From Thermoplasmatota archaeon (GTDB taxonomy: Archaea > Thermoplasmatota > Penumbrarchaeia > Penumbrarchaeales > Penumbrarchaeaceae), in assembly GCA_029762535.1 (NCBI GenBank), contig JARVGK010000034.1, positions 1 through 35,064 of the forward strand: DNA of 35,064 nt. Direction: 5' to 3'. Shown one piece after another: positions 7,967 to 16,735 of this stretch; positions within the stretch are counted from its first letter, which is position 1; the number at the start of each line of letters is the position of its first letter. The notes under the pieces were generated by a model. That model was not told where the DNA came from, ran no database searches, and saw only the letters and a list, made by a program, of their open reading frames with translations. The position numbers were made by a program, and so were the translations under genes.

Positions 7967-10900
7967 TTGAGTAATTTGACCATAGATACGAGACGCTCAG
8001 TGACCGCCGTGATCGTTCTAGCAATGCTGTTGGCCACTTCTTTTTTCCTGCCGGCGAACAACCTTTCCGACGTCATCATCTCCGGCACATCACCCGATTA
8101 CGGGATATTCGATAGAATATCCCATCTCAACGATGAGGAGGATACCCGCCGCGACGATCCCGATGTGAGCGTAAAGGCCCAGGATGCGTTCTCGGTCATA
8201 TCCTCCACACCTTACGATTTCGATGTGATCGGGGACTCGGCAATAGAACGAAAGGGGATCGACATACCAGCTCCGCTGGAACACAGTCCGATAATATTCG
8301 ACGCCCTGAATTCGAACCCGGTCATCAACAACACCAGCATACTTGATTGGATACTCCCGCCTCCTCTCTCCGATCAGGGGGCGGTCAACTATCTGGTCCT
8401 GAGCCATCATCCATCGGGGGATCGCTGGTACCTCGGCTCGATGGTCCCTCGGATCGGCCTTTTCATCGATTCGTCCATTGACAAATGGGTTTACATCGAC
8501 GTTGATGGAGATGCAGGTACAGGGGACCGGTCTGGGAATGATATCAGGGTCAGGATGACCTTCGCAAGGGACATTCTGGAGAGGGATTGGGAGGTGAACC
8601 TGATACCACCTTCCGTTGTGTTTCGAAACGCAGGCATGAGGCTCGAGGTGGAATCCGCTACCGGTTCCGGTGGTGCAGGGGTTGGAGGAAGCGTCTACTT
8701 CGTCAAGGCCATATCGTACCGGGAAAAGAACTATCTCTGGTCCGTCGGATTCGAGCTGGAAGAGTATATGGATCGGATGGAGATCAGGGTCCAGGCCAGG
8801 GAATGGAGGTCGGAACCTCTACGCGGCATCCTGTCAGGCGGCGGGATCAACCTCGAGGACCTTGGATTGCTCGACATACTCGGACCTTACTCGTTGGAAT
8901 ACTCCTTCGATACGGCTCCGGAGGGTCTCTCGATCTCCATTTCGATAATGAGGATGATGGAGCAGGAATTGATCGACAGGGCCTATGCGCGGATCGAAAT
9001 GTCGAAGGACCCATTCCACGATTCCATGATCGACCGGGGAAGACTTGTTTTAAAGGTCAGTTCGACGGACTCGCCTATCGAGGGGCTTGATTGGATCGCC
9101 GGAAGGGCGGACCCTCCGGATGCCAACGACACCATGTCCATCAGCCTGGAATATACTGAATTCGGCACGGACCTGATATTCGCCAGGTTCGAGATACCCC
9201 TGATGCCCAGCATGGTGGAATTGGATATCATGTCCTATGAGGAGAGGGGAAAGGACGTGACGGAACTCGATATCCGGACCGCGGCCGGGATCCAGACCGC
9301 ATCGTTCCTTGAGGTCTTGTATACGCCGTCATCGGGCCAGGAGAACCATACCATTTCGGCGACCATGGTTGCCATAAAGGGGATCCCCCCCCATCTAAGG
9401 ATAGTCACCACCTCTGCAGGCTCCTTCGACATAGATGATGACCCGAATGCCGGATCGGGGTTCATTGACGCGCTGATGAACCAGGTGGCGGGAAGATTCT
9501 ACAGGATAGGGAGTATATTGAGGGACCTGCCCAGGGCCATAATGGAGCTTCCCTCCAGTAAAGGTTGGACAGAGATCGACTGCATGGGATCGTCGATATA
9601 TTCCATCGATTTCGCCTATGGAGGCGGGAGCTACATAGCCATGGAGGGAGTGGACTTCCTGGCCCTGGAGAGGAAAGGAGAGGGCATACCCTCCGTCTCC
9701 GGGAGGATCTCGGGTTTGGAAGGTTACAGTGCCTCATTCTTTGACGGTAACGATATGACCCTTAGGCTTAGGGATCCCAAAGGCCTTGAAGTGATATCCA
9801 AGGACGATGAGAGAACTGCCGTGATATCCCTCAAAGACATACCCAAGGAGATATCCATCTCGACAGATGGGGATGGGATATCATACAGAGGCGCTTCGGA
9901 GCTAGGCAAGATAAATTATCGTTACAGGGGGTCCGACCTTCTCTTCGATGTCGAGATCGAAGGCCTGCCTCCGGGAATGGATATGGTCCGCAGTGACAAG
10001 GGAGTGGTGCTAAACAGCATCGGAGGGTCTTTGGGCTCCGTTCAGATGAGGGTGAGCAACTCCACCCGGCTGCGCCCTATCTCGATCCCCAATGTCGATC
10101 ATGTCACTGCGGTCATAGAGGAGGGGAACGTCGCTCTTGCGATGCGATTCACCGGCCTTTCATCGATGGTTTACGACAATTCCACAAAGGGATATGTCCA
10201 GATAGAATCGGATTCCTCCACTGATATGGTCGCCGTTATCGATGATAAGGACACTGGCATGGCAATACACGCGGCGCTAACCCCACTGCCGAGGTCCTTC
10301 AGGATGGATTTTCCTTCGGTCATCGATAGGCCGGAATTCGACCTTCCGGACCTGAGGTCCATACGCGATATCTACGGTTATGCGGAACTGATCTTCTCTA
10401 TAGCGGGATTGTCCAGGGCGGTCCTGCAGCTGGCCTCCGGTATATCGGAGGGCATGACCGACGCCATCGGCCAGTATTCAACGGGATTGGACCTATCATG
10501 GGACCTCTCCGGCAGCGGGGACAATATGGACCTCTTCATCGAGATCGAAAAGACCGGTCCGGAACCCGTAAGGAGCGCGAGCTGGACCCACGGTATCTGG
10601 ATGGAGCAGAAGGGGATGGGCGCTGATTCTTCCGTGAGCGGAAAGATATTCCTCGGCGGTATGCCCTCTAAGGGTGTCATAGGCCTGTCATTCTCTGAGA
10701 AGACGATACTGGCCGTTTTGGATTTCAAGGGTTTCAGGCCGCCTTATGATTGGCTTCTCATCAGGACCAATGGGGTTCAGGACAGGGACATATCTATGTA
10801 CATCACAGGTATCCCCGGCGAGATCGACCTGTACATGAACACGAATATCACCACCGACCTATCCATAGGCGGAGAGATGATCATACTGATGGATGCAAGG

Positions 10901-11794
10901 ATAACCGGCCCATCGGGGGGACCTTCACGACTCGGAGAGATGATAGCGACCCTGACAAAGGCCACCCCGATACTTTCAGTCAGGCAGATGTATCTTCCAG
11001 AGATACCATCCGAGTTCTACCTCGAGGCTGATATAGGGCAGGGTGTGACCGCCGATTACAGAGCGTCCTCGGAGATCGAATATCTTTTCTTCAAGATAAC
11101 CAAGAAGATGGACGAAAGATGGTCTCAGATATACGCGATATTCCACGATCTTCCTCTATCCTTCGAGATCGAGATGGCATCGAGCCCTGATTTCACCGTT
11201 CTGGAGCCCTTTCCCCTCCAGGGTCTTCCCGTAATCGATATCCAAACAGCATCATCTGGAATGGACATCTTCATCGAGTACGACGGATCCGGCTTCGGTC
11301 AGAGAGGGAGATTCCAGATAACCGCCAGGGATGTAGGGGCCACGAGGACGTTCTACGAGGATGGGGCATATGTACTGGACTCCGAGGGTATTGGCTTCAT
11401 ATCCATCGATGTGGGCAAACTGCCGATGATGGAGGCCTTTTCCCTTGAAGGACTGATGCTTCTGGGTTTGGATGTGGAGCATTTCAGCCTGAGAGTCGAC
11501 ATGGCCTTCGGGTCGTATCCTGTAGTTACGATAGAGGACCTTAGAGGGGGCGCTATACAGATAAAGCTCTCGATATCCATAAGCGCCATGGGGAGAGAGT
11601 TCGAACCCAGCGTGTTCTTCGGGACGGTCAGGTTCAGAAGGCCGTTGGGTCTTCCCATCATAACTGGCCTGTCGGTCTCGCGCGATACAGCGGCGATCGA
11701 GATGTCAAGCAGCGAGGGGGCAGTTCTACTTCCCGCCCCGATCCTGACCGGATGGTTCTACCTTTTCGAACTATTGACCGGAGGTATGTTATGA
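7967..11794 (+). CDS. Large (~1275 aa) membrane-anchored/secreted beta-rich repeat protein of unknown function
   Basis: RR + hydrophobic SVTAVIVLAMLLATSFFLP N-terminus; about 10 recurring [LIM]P-x-x-h-x-h motifs; amphipathic C-terminus. Start uncertain: TTG 7967 chosen because it follows CTTTATCAA (~7929). Confidence 0.7.
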   Translation: MSNLTIDTRRSVTAVIVLAMLLATSFFLPANNLSDVIISGTSPDYGIFDRISHLNDEEDTRRDDPDVSVKAQDAFSVISSTPYDFDVIGDSAIERKGIDIPAPLEHSPIIFDALNSNPVINNTSILDWILPPPLSDQGAVNYLVLSHHPSGDRWYLGSMVPRIGLFIDSSIDKWVYIDVDGDAGTGDRSGNDIRVRMTFARDILERDWEVNLIPPSVVFRNAGMRLEVESATGSGGAGVGGSVYFVKAISYREKNYLWSVGFELEEYMDRMEIRVQAREWRSEPLRGILSGGGINLEDLGLLDILGPYSLEYSFDTAPEGLSISISIMRMMEQELIDRAYARIEMSKDPFHDSMIDRGRLVLKVSSTDSPIEGLDWIAGRADPPDANDTMSISLEYTEFGTDLIFARFEIPLMPSMVELDIMSYEERGKDVTELDIRTAAGIQTASFLEVLYTPSSGQENHTISATMVAIKGIPPHLRIVTTSAGSFDIDDDPNAGSGFIDALMNQVAGRFYRIGSILRDLPRAIMELPSSKGWTEIDCMGSSIYSIDFAYGGGSYIAMEGVDFLALERKGEGIPSVSGRISGLEGYSASFFDGNDMTLRLRDPKGLEVISKDDERTAVISLKDIPKEISISTDGDGISYRGASELGKINYRYRGSDLLFDVEIEGLPPGMDMVRSDKGVVLNSIGGSLGSVQMRVSNSTRLRPISIPNVDHVTAVIEEGNVALAMRFTGLSSMVYDNSTKGYVQIESDSSTDMVAVIDDKDTGMAIHAALTPLPRSFRMDFPSVIDRPEFDLPDLRSIRDIYGYAELIFSIAGLSRAVLQLASGISEGMTDAIGQYSTGLDLSWDLSGSGDNMDLFIEIEKTGPEPVRSASWTHGIWMEQKGMGADSSVSGKIFLGGMPSKGVIGLSFSEKTILAVLDFKGFRPPYDWLLIRTNGVQDRDISMYITGIPGEIDLYMNTNITTDLSIGGEMIILMDARITGPSGGPSRLGEMIATLTKATPILSVRQMYLPEIPSEFYLEADIGQGVTADYRASSEIEYLFFKITKKMDERWSQIYAIFHDLPLSFEIEMASSPDFTVLEPFPLQGLPVIDIQTASSGMDIFIEYDGSGFGQRGRFQITARDVGATRTFYEDGAYVLDSEGIGFISIDVGKLPMMEAFSLEGLMLLGLDVEHFSLRVDMAFGSYPVVTIEDLRGGAIQIKLSISISAMGREFEPSVFFGTVRFRRPLGLPIITGLSVSRDTAAIEMSSSEGAVLLPAPILTGWFYLFELLTGGML

Positions 11795-12237
11795 GGCCAG
11801 GTATCATTGTGTCGATAGCCGTCGCCGTGATATCATTAACGGCGTTGGTCTCCTACCTTTACATCATCCCGAGGACCGACATGGAGGTTAGGACCGTCTA
11901 CCACGAAATGCCCGGAGGTGGCGGGACGGGGGGCGTGATAAACGTGAACGTCCTCTTGGATAACAGGGGAAACAGGATGGCTGACTCCATCCAATGCTAT
12001 GTGGAGGTAAGGGATGACGAGGATCGACAGATGGTTGCCAGGTCTATCACCGGCATATCGCTTGGACCGGGAAATATCGCGGAGCTTTCCGCATCCTTCA
12101 TCGGGAGCCAATACGACGATTACAGGATAAGCGTACACCTGCGTTTTGACTCGAGTGGAGGGACCAGGATCGCCGATCTCGATTATACGACACGAGAGGA
12201 CCGGATGAACCTGGTTTTCGTGGAGAGGTTTGGGTAG
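11791..12237 (+). CDS. Small membrane-anchored Ig/CARDB-like protein, translationally coupled to the upstream giant gene
   Basis: ATGA overlap at 11791-11794; N-terminal TM; VNVLLDNRG...LGPG Ig-like pattern. Confidence 0.7.
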   Translation: MRPGIIVSIAVAVISLTALVSYLYIIPRTDMEVRTVYHEMPGGGGTGGVINVNVLLDNRGNRMADSIQCYVEVRDDEDRQMVARSITGISLGPGNIAELSASFIGSQYDDYRISVHLRFDSSGGTRIADLDYTTREDRMNLVFVERFG

Positions 12238-12241
12238 GAGA

Positions 12242-13006
12242 TCATCCGAAATATCTCAGATCGTCCTTCCTGTCCTCGGATTCATTCGCCTCTATGTCCT
12301 CCTTGATCCGGGATGTGATCTCGTCGATCTGACGGGCCCTGACCTCGAGGCTTGACAGGTCCATTTCGACACCTATGAAACGACCCAGTATCTCCAGTAC
12401 GGCTCTGGCGGACCTCGGGTCAACGAAATATCCGGACGTCTCCCCCATCAGGCAGATGCCCTGAAGTCCCTCGAGGGCCCCCAGACCGAGAAGCAGACCC
12501 GATGCGCCGATGATCCCGGAGCTGGGCTCTCCTCGTTTGAACACGACCCCCATCTCCTCGAATTTCGATCTTAGTTCCGGATCGGTCACGGCTCCCAGGA
12601 CCGAAGGCTCGCTTACCATTCGGATCACGCCGAAGCCGCCAAGTGTGAATATCATCGAGGCGCCCAGGTCCTTGATGAGCTTGACGGTCGCATGCGACAG
12701 GTTATACTGACCCTCCGGGGTCAATCCCTGAAAGTCGCCGGTGAGGATAACAAGGTCCCTACCGGTACCTTCGGCCTTGTGATAGTAGAAATCGTGCCTG
12801 ACCAGATGGACCGATCCTTCATCGGTCACCATCACCTGGGGAGGGAGGTATTTGGAATATAGCTCGGCGAACTTGACCATCTTGAGCTGGTCGATCATGT
12901 GTTCCACGGCCAGCTTGCCAACGTTCCCAACGCCGGGAAGCCCTTCAATGAAGAGCGGTTCCTTGAGCTGAGGGGTGTCCAGCATCTTAAAAACGATGTC
13001 GTCCAT
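12242..13006 (-). CDS. PAC2 family proteasome assembly chaperone
   Basis: EGLPGVGNVGK, FTLGG, IIGASGLLLG, CLMGET..GYFVDP; conserved position downstream of nop10. Confidence 0.92.
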   Translation of the reverse strand: MDDIVFKMLDTPQLKEPLFIEGLPGVGNVGKLAVEHMIDQLKMVKFAELYSKYLPPQVMVTDEGSVHLVRHDFYYHKAEGTGRDLVILTGDFQGLTPEGQYNLSHATVKLIKDLGASMIFTLGGFGVIRMVSEPSVLGAVTDPELRSKFEEMGVVFKRGEPSSGIIGASGLLLGLGALEGLQGICLMGETSGYFVDPRSARAVLEILGRFIGVEMDLSSLEVRARQIDEITSRIKEDIEANESEDRKDDLRYFG

Positions 13007-13024
13007 TCTCGTTTCAACTCCTAT

Positions 13025-13192
13025 TCATTCCTCTTTTCTTCCATCCCTGTCCATAAGGCGGTATTTCGACCATTTATCCTCAGGAGAGTACCTGGGAGGG
13101 AATGTGTGTATCGTCGGAACCTTACAATCAGGACAGGATCCCGAGAGTGAGAACTTCATACACCGGGGGCATCTTAGTATAATGCTTCGCAT
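13025..13192 (-). CDS. nop10: Nop10, H/ACA RNP protein (55 aa; absent from the ORF track)
   Basis: Hand translation MRSIILRCPRCMKFSLSGSCPDCKVPTIHTFPPRYSPEDKWSKYRL...: Zn ribbon plus PPRYSPED motif, between aIF2a and PAC2. Confidence 0.92.
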   Translation of the reverse strand: MRSIILRCPRCMKFSLSGSCPDCKVPTIHTFPPRYSPEDKWSKYRLMDRDGRKEE

Positions 13193-13213
13193 CTGGACAC
13201 CTGCTTGTTCGCA

Positions 13214-14011
13214 TCAGGTCTTTCTTATGAACTTCCCCGTACCGGATCGGGACATGATGAAGTTTATGGATTCCTGTGCGGCCTCCTGAATAACGCTCTC
13301 AGCTGTCTTGTAGTCAGGCGCCTCGATCACGATGCGGTAGCGAGGAGCTCCGACGTAGAATATCTGCATCTTGACCTCGTTGAACCCTGTGCACCTCTCC
13401 AAGGCCTTGGACAGCGCCTCTTTGATTAGAGGCATGCCCTCCTCGTCCCTGGAAGTGAGCTCGAGAATGCCGCTGATTATCACATAAGGAGGTACGATGT
13501 TCTCCCGTGCGATCCTCTTGAAGGGCTCTACCCAAGGACCCTTGTAATCCGAGGACGATAGAGCTTCCTCGTCTATTGCCGTCATCTCGAAGGCCTTGAA
13601 CAGAGAGCCGAAGTCGGATATCAGGTCGTAACCGAACTCATTGAGCCCTTCCTGATATGTGAGCCCGATCTCCTGGGAGGCCAGTTCGAGAAGCTTCTGG
13701 GCCTTCTGTTCGCTCTTCCACTGCTGAATCTTATCCCGTTTCTGATGCTGGTTGACCGCTTTTAATGATAGGTCAACGACCGGATTCTTCTTCCTCTCGT
13801 CGATACCGAGCACCTTGCATACGATCTTCTGTCCCTCTCTGACGTGGTCGCGTATATATTTAACCCATCCGGATGCGACCTCCGCTATGTGTATGAACCC
13901 CTCCTTGTCGGGATATTCGTCCAGGGTCACGACGACTCCGAAGTTCTTGACCTGCCTGACGGTGGCAACAACAAGTTCGCCATCGTCCGGGAGATCGTTG
14001 GTATAAGCCAT
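13214..14011 (-). CDS. eif2a: Translation initiation factor 2 alpha subunit (aIF2a)
   Basis: S1 domain (GELVVATV...EGFIHIAEVASGWVK), C-terminal YVGAPRYRI. Confidence 0.96.
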   Translation of the reverse strand: MAYTNDLPDDGELVVATVRQVKNFGVVVTLDEYPDKEGFIHIAEVASGWVKYIRDHVREGQKIVCKVLGIDERKKNPVVDLSLKAVNQHQKRDKIQQWKSEQKAQKLLELASQEIGLTYQEGLNEFGYDLISDFGSLFKAFEMTAIDEEALSSSDYKGPWVEPFKRIARENIVPPYVIISGILELTSRDEEGMPLIKEALSKALERCTGFNEVKMQIFYVGAPRYRIVIEAPDYKTAESVIQEAAQESINFIMSRSGTGKFIRKT

Positions 14012-14034
14012 AGCAAGGGTGCCTCCAATTCGGT

Positions 14035-14220
14035 CTATATCCTGTCTATCCTATCTATTATCTCTCCCTTGATCACGGCTTTGCCGCCCGAGGGGATGGC
14101 CATGGTCGATCCGCATACGGTGCAGCTTATCTTCGTGTTGCTTCTGTCGAATATCGGCTGGGCGTTGCCGCAGTCGGGGCATTTCACGTTCAGGAACTGG
14201 CTTCTGGTCTCGTCTTTCAT
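14035..14220 (-). CDS. rps27e: 30S ribosomal protein S27e
   Basis: SQFLNVKCPDCGN...CTVCG...PSGGKA. Confidence 0.95.
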   Translation of the reverse strand: MKDETRSQFLNVKCPDCGNAQPIFDRSNTKISCTVCGSTMAIPSGGKAVIKGEIIDRIDRI

Positions 14221-14229
14221 ATGATCGCC

Positions 14230-14511
14230 TCATGATTCCGTCAGTTCGAACTTCTTCGTCCTGAGTGTGGGGGGCTGATGGGCCTTTCCACAGGTCTGGC
14301 ATTTGAATCTTAGCTGTATCCTCTTTGTGGGTTTCTCCCTTCCCTCGGGTTTGGGCCTGGGGAAACCCCCGTAACCCGCGGTCACCTTCCTGAAACGCCT
14401 CTGACCCCATGCCAGTTCGCTGGCCCTCCTCTTCTTCACTCGCTCGACCTCATGCGGGGTATGTACCTTGCATTTCGGGCAGTAGCGTTTGATCGATCTT
14501 GGAAGCTTCAT
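14230..14511 (-). CDS. rpl44e: 50S ribosomal protein L44e
   Basis: [34 protein letters not shown]. Start is ATG 14511 or TTG 14514. Confidence 0.96.
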   Translation of the reverse strand: MKLPRSIKRYCPKCKVHTPHEVERVKKRRASELAWGQRRFRKVTAGYGGFPRPKPEGREKPTKRIQLRFKCQTCGKAHQPPTLRTKKFELTES

Positions 14512-14567
14512 CAACTATCACCTGTAATACCCTTGAATTAAGGGGTGCAGGGGGGCGATATTCGGGA

Positions 14568-14588
14568 ACTTATATTTATAATATATCT
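14568..14588 (-). promoter_or_regulatory. AT-rich TATA region upstream of the rpl44e-rps27e-aIF2a-nop10-PAC2 operon
   Basis: Minus strand ATATATTATAAATATAA in a GC-rich background, ~60 nt upstream of rpl44e, which has an AGGTGA RBS. Confidence 0.55.
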
Positions 14589-14594
14589 TGACCC

Positions 14595-14939
14595 TCATTC
14601 GCTGTGGTCGGGCTTCCCATCGATCACATCGTTCCCCACACGAACCTTGGGTGCCGGGTCCTGGACCGGCCTCGACATGTTGATCTCGATCCATGATACG
14701 TTGAGGCCGTCCCTGCGATCCTCGTCCACGATCCTCTCCGTACCGATCCTGACATCGTCGAGATTCACATCCATGATGAACCTGCCCCTGACGATCTCGG
14801 CCACGTCCACCGCCTTGCTTATAGCCCGTCCACGAGCCTTGATGGATACGCTGTCGTGTCCCGAGTTGAAGTGGGTGACCACTGCCAGCACGTAGTTCAT
14901 CGAAGGTTTCTTGCCTATGAATATGTTCTTTTCGTCCAT
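14595..14939 (-). CDS. albA: DNA/RNA-binding protein Alba with C-terminal extension
   Basis: [39 protein letters not shown]. Confidence 0.95.
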   Translation of the reverse strand: MDEKNIFIGKKPSMNYVLAVVTHFNSGHDSVSIKARGRAISKAVDVAEIVRGRFIMDVNLDDVRIGTERIVDEDRRDGLNVSWIEINMSRPVQDPAPKVRVGNDVIDGKPDHSE

Positions 14940-15105
14940 GGTGCAGCCCCCGGTCTTGGCTCGAAAGTATCCGCTTGTATGATATATAATGATTTGCGGC
15001 CATCAGTGGATCGTCCAGTCCTGTTCGAGTCTTAAGCGGCGTTAAGTTATAATAACCAAGAACCTTTGCCTCTCACAAACGTCATTCAATGGAGTTGATG
15101 TAGGT

Positions 15106-16419
15106 TTGATAGACCCCTGGACCTCGTCAGAGATCGATGATTACAAGCAGACCATGAAGGATTTCGGCATCTCTTTGTTCAGGCTCGATAAGCTTCCGGA
15201 GGACCCGGTCCCTCCCAGGCTTTTCAGGGAAGGGATAGTTTTCGGGGAGCGTGGATTCGATCCGGTCCTCGAGAGGATGAGGTCTCGCGAGCCCTTCGCG
15301 GTCATGTCGGGCCTGATGCCATCCGGAAGGATGCACCTTGGGCACAAGATGGTCATAGACCAGATGATGTATTTCCAGGAGTTCGGGTGCAGGGTTTTCA
15401 TCGGGATCGCGGACCTAGAGAGCTATGCGACCAGGGACGTGCCCCTGGACAGGGCTCGGGATATAGCGATTGGGTCCTACGTCAAGAACTATCTCGCGCT
15501 GGGACTGGGGAGAAAGGGGCTCGAGATATACTTCCAGTCCAAAAGGCTACAGGTCAAGGACCTGGCACTTACCCTCGGGCGCAAGGTCAACCTGTCAACG
15601 ATGAGGGCCATCTACGGTTTCAACGAGCAGACCAACATGGCGCATATGATGGCCCCGCTCGTCCAGGCCGGGGACATCCTTCATCCCCAGCTCAAGCTGG
15701 GGCCGATGCCCGTGGTGGTCCCGGTCGGCATCGATCAGGACCCTCACATAAGGCTCTGCCGCGACCTGTCACAGTCATTCAGAGTATTCAACGTCCTTAG
15801 CGTTCCCGAGGGAGGCCTGGGCATATTCGTTAAGCCCGATTCCGATGTGGAAGGCCTTCTGGTCCTCGCCAGGGAGAGGATCGCGAAGCTGGGTTACCTG
15901 GAGTTCAAGATGATAAAATCGTACAAGGCCCTTTACGTAAGGGGCGCGACCCGGTCGGATACTGGACGCATAGACTCCGAGCTTTCATATCTGGAACACG
16001 AACTGGGCCATAACGGCTTCATATCGCCGTCCTCGACATATCACCGCTTCATAAGGGGCCTTACAGGGGAGAAGATGAGCTCGTCAAAGCCAGAGACGGC
16101 GATCTTCCTTGATGACGACCCGGATGAGGCCTGCAGGAAGCTCAAGAGGGCCCTCACAGGGGGCAGGGACACGGCAGAGGAGCAGAGGGTCAAAGGAGGG
16201 GATCCCGGCAGATGCTCGGTTTTCGAGACCATGCTGTTCCATACCGTCCAGGACACGGCCGAGATAGAGAGGATATCCTCTGAATGCAGGAGCGGTCAGA
16301 GGCTCTGCGGGGGATGCAAGAAGGAGGCGTGCGAGCATCTGTCGGCATTCCTCGCCGACCTGGCCCAGAAAAGGGATATGAACGCCCATCTTGTCGATGA
16401 ATACGTGATGGAGGACTGA
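15106..16419 (+). CDS. trpS: Tryptophan--tRNA ligase (archaeal type)
   Basis: GLMPSGRMHLGH (HIGH), VPVGIDQDPH, KMSSS, TGGR, Cys cluster C...CRSG...CGGCK. Confidence 0.96.
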   Translation: MIDPWTSSEIDDYKQTMKDFGISLFRLDKLPEDPVPPRLFREGIVFGERGFDPVLERMRSREPFAVMSGLMPSGRMHLGHKMVIDQMMYFQEFGCRVFIGIADLESYATRDVPLDRARDIAIGSYVKNYLALGLGRKGLEIYFQSKRLQVKDLALTLGRKVNLSTMRAIYGFNEQTNMAHMMAPLVQAGDILHPQLKLGPMPVVVPVGIDQDPHIRLCRDLSQSFRVFNVLSVPEGGLGIFVKPDSDVEGLLVLARERIAKLGYLEFKMIKSYKALYVRGATRSDTGRIDSELSYLEHELGHNGFISPSSTYHRFIRGLTGEKMSSSKPETAIFLDDDPDEACRKLKRALTGGRDTAEEQRVKGGDPGRCSVFETMLFHTVQDTAEIERISSECRSGQRLCGGCKKEACEHLSAFLADLAQKRDMNAHLVDEYVMED

Positions 16420-16423
16420 TAAG

Positions 16424-16735
16424 GTGCCCAGATCGAAGGACGGCTATAAAATATACAAAGCGGGGGATCCCATACATATCGTGGTCACCCAGGAATTCGC
16501 CGAATCGGCCAACGAGTTCTTCTCATACTGCAAGGAGAAGGGTTACAATCCATCCGAGATCATAAGGCAGGCGATGGTGGAATGGTACCGAAGGGAGAAG
16601 GAGAACGACAGGAAGGTGGGATCGCTGCCTCCTGAGCTGTCGCTCGACGACAAGCTGATGCGCCTCGCCTCCCAGAGGACGGAGAGGAAGCCGACGGTAA
16701 GACCTTTGTCCGCAAGGCAGATCCTTGAGGAATGA
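16424..16735 (+). CDS. Ribbon-helix-helix DNA-binding protein, paralog B
   Basis: IHIVVT...YNPSEIIRQAMVEW. GTG start 4 nt after the trpS stop, with GGAGG inside the trpS end. Paralog of 3994..4275. Confidence 0.7.
   Translation: MPRSKDGYKIYKAGDPIHIVVTQEFAESANEFFSYCKEKGYNPSEIIRQAMVEWYRREKENDRKVGSLPPELSLDDKLMRLASQRTERKPTVRPLSARQILEE

Noticed and set aside
7850-8088. Apparent head-to-head overlap of mvk and the giant gene
   Set aside because: Artefact of longest-ORF starts; the plausible starts at 7875 and ~7967 leave a normal AT-rich divergent promoter.
14940-15105. Possible tRNA or ncRNA in the alba-trpS spacer (GTTCGAGTC)
   Set aside because: The T-loop-like string lacks a paired T-stem and cloverleaf; the region is explained by divergent TATA boxes.
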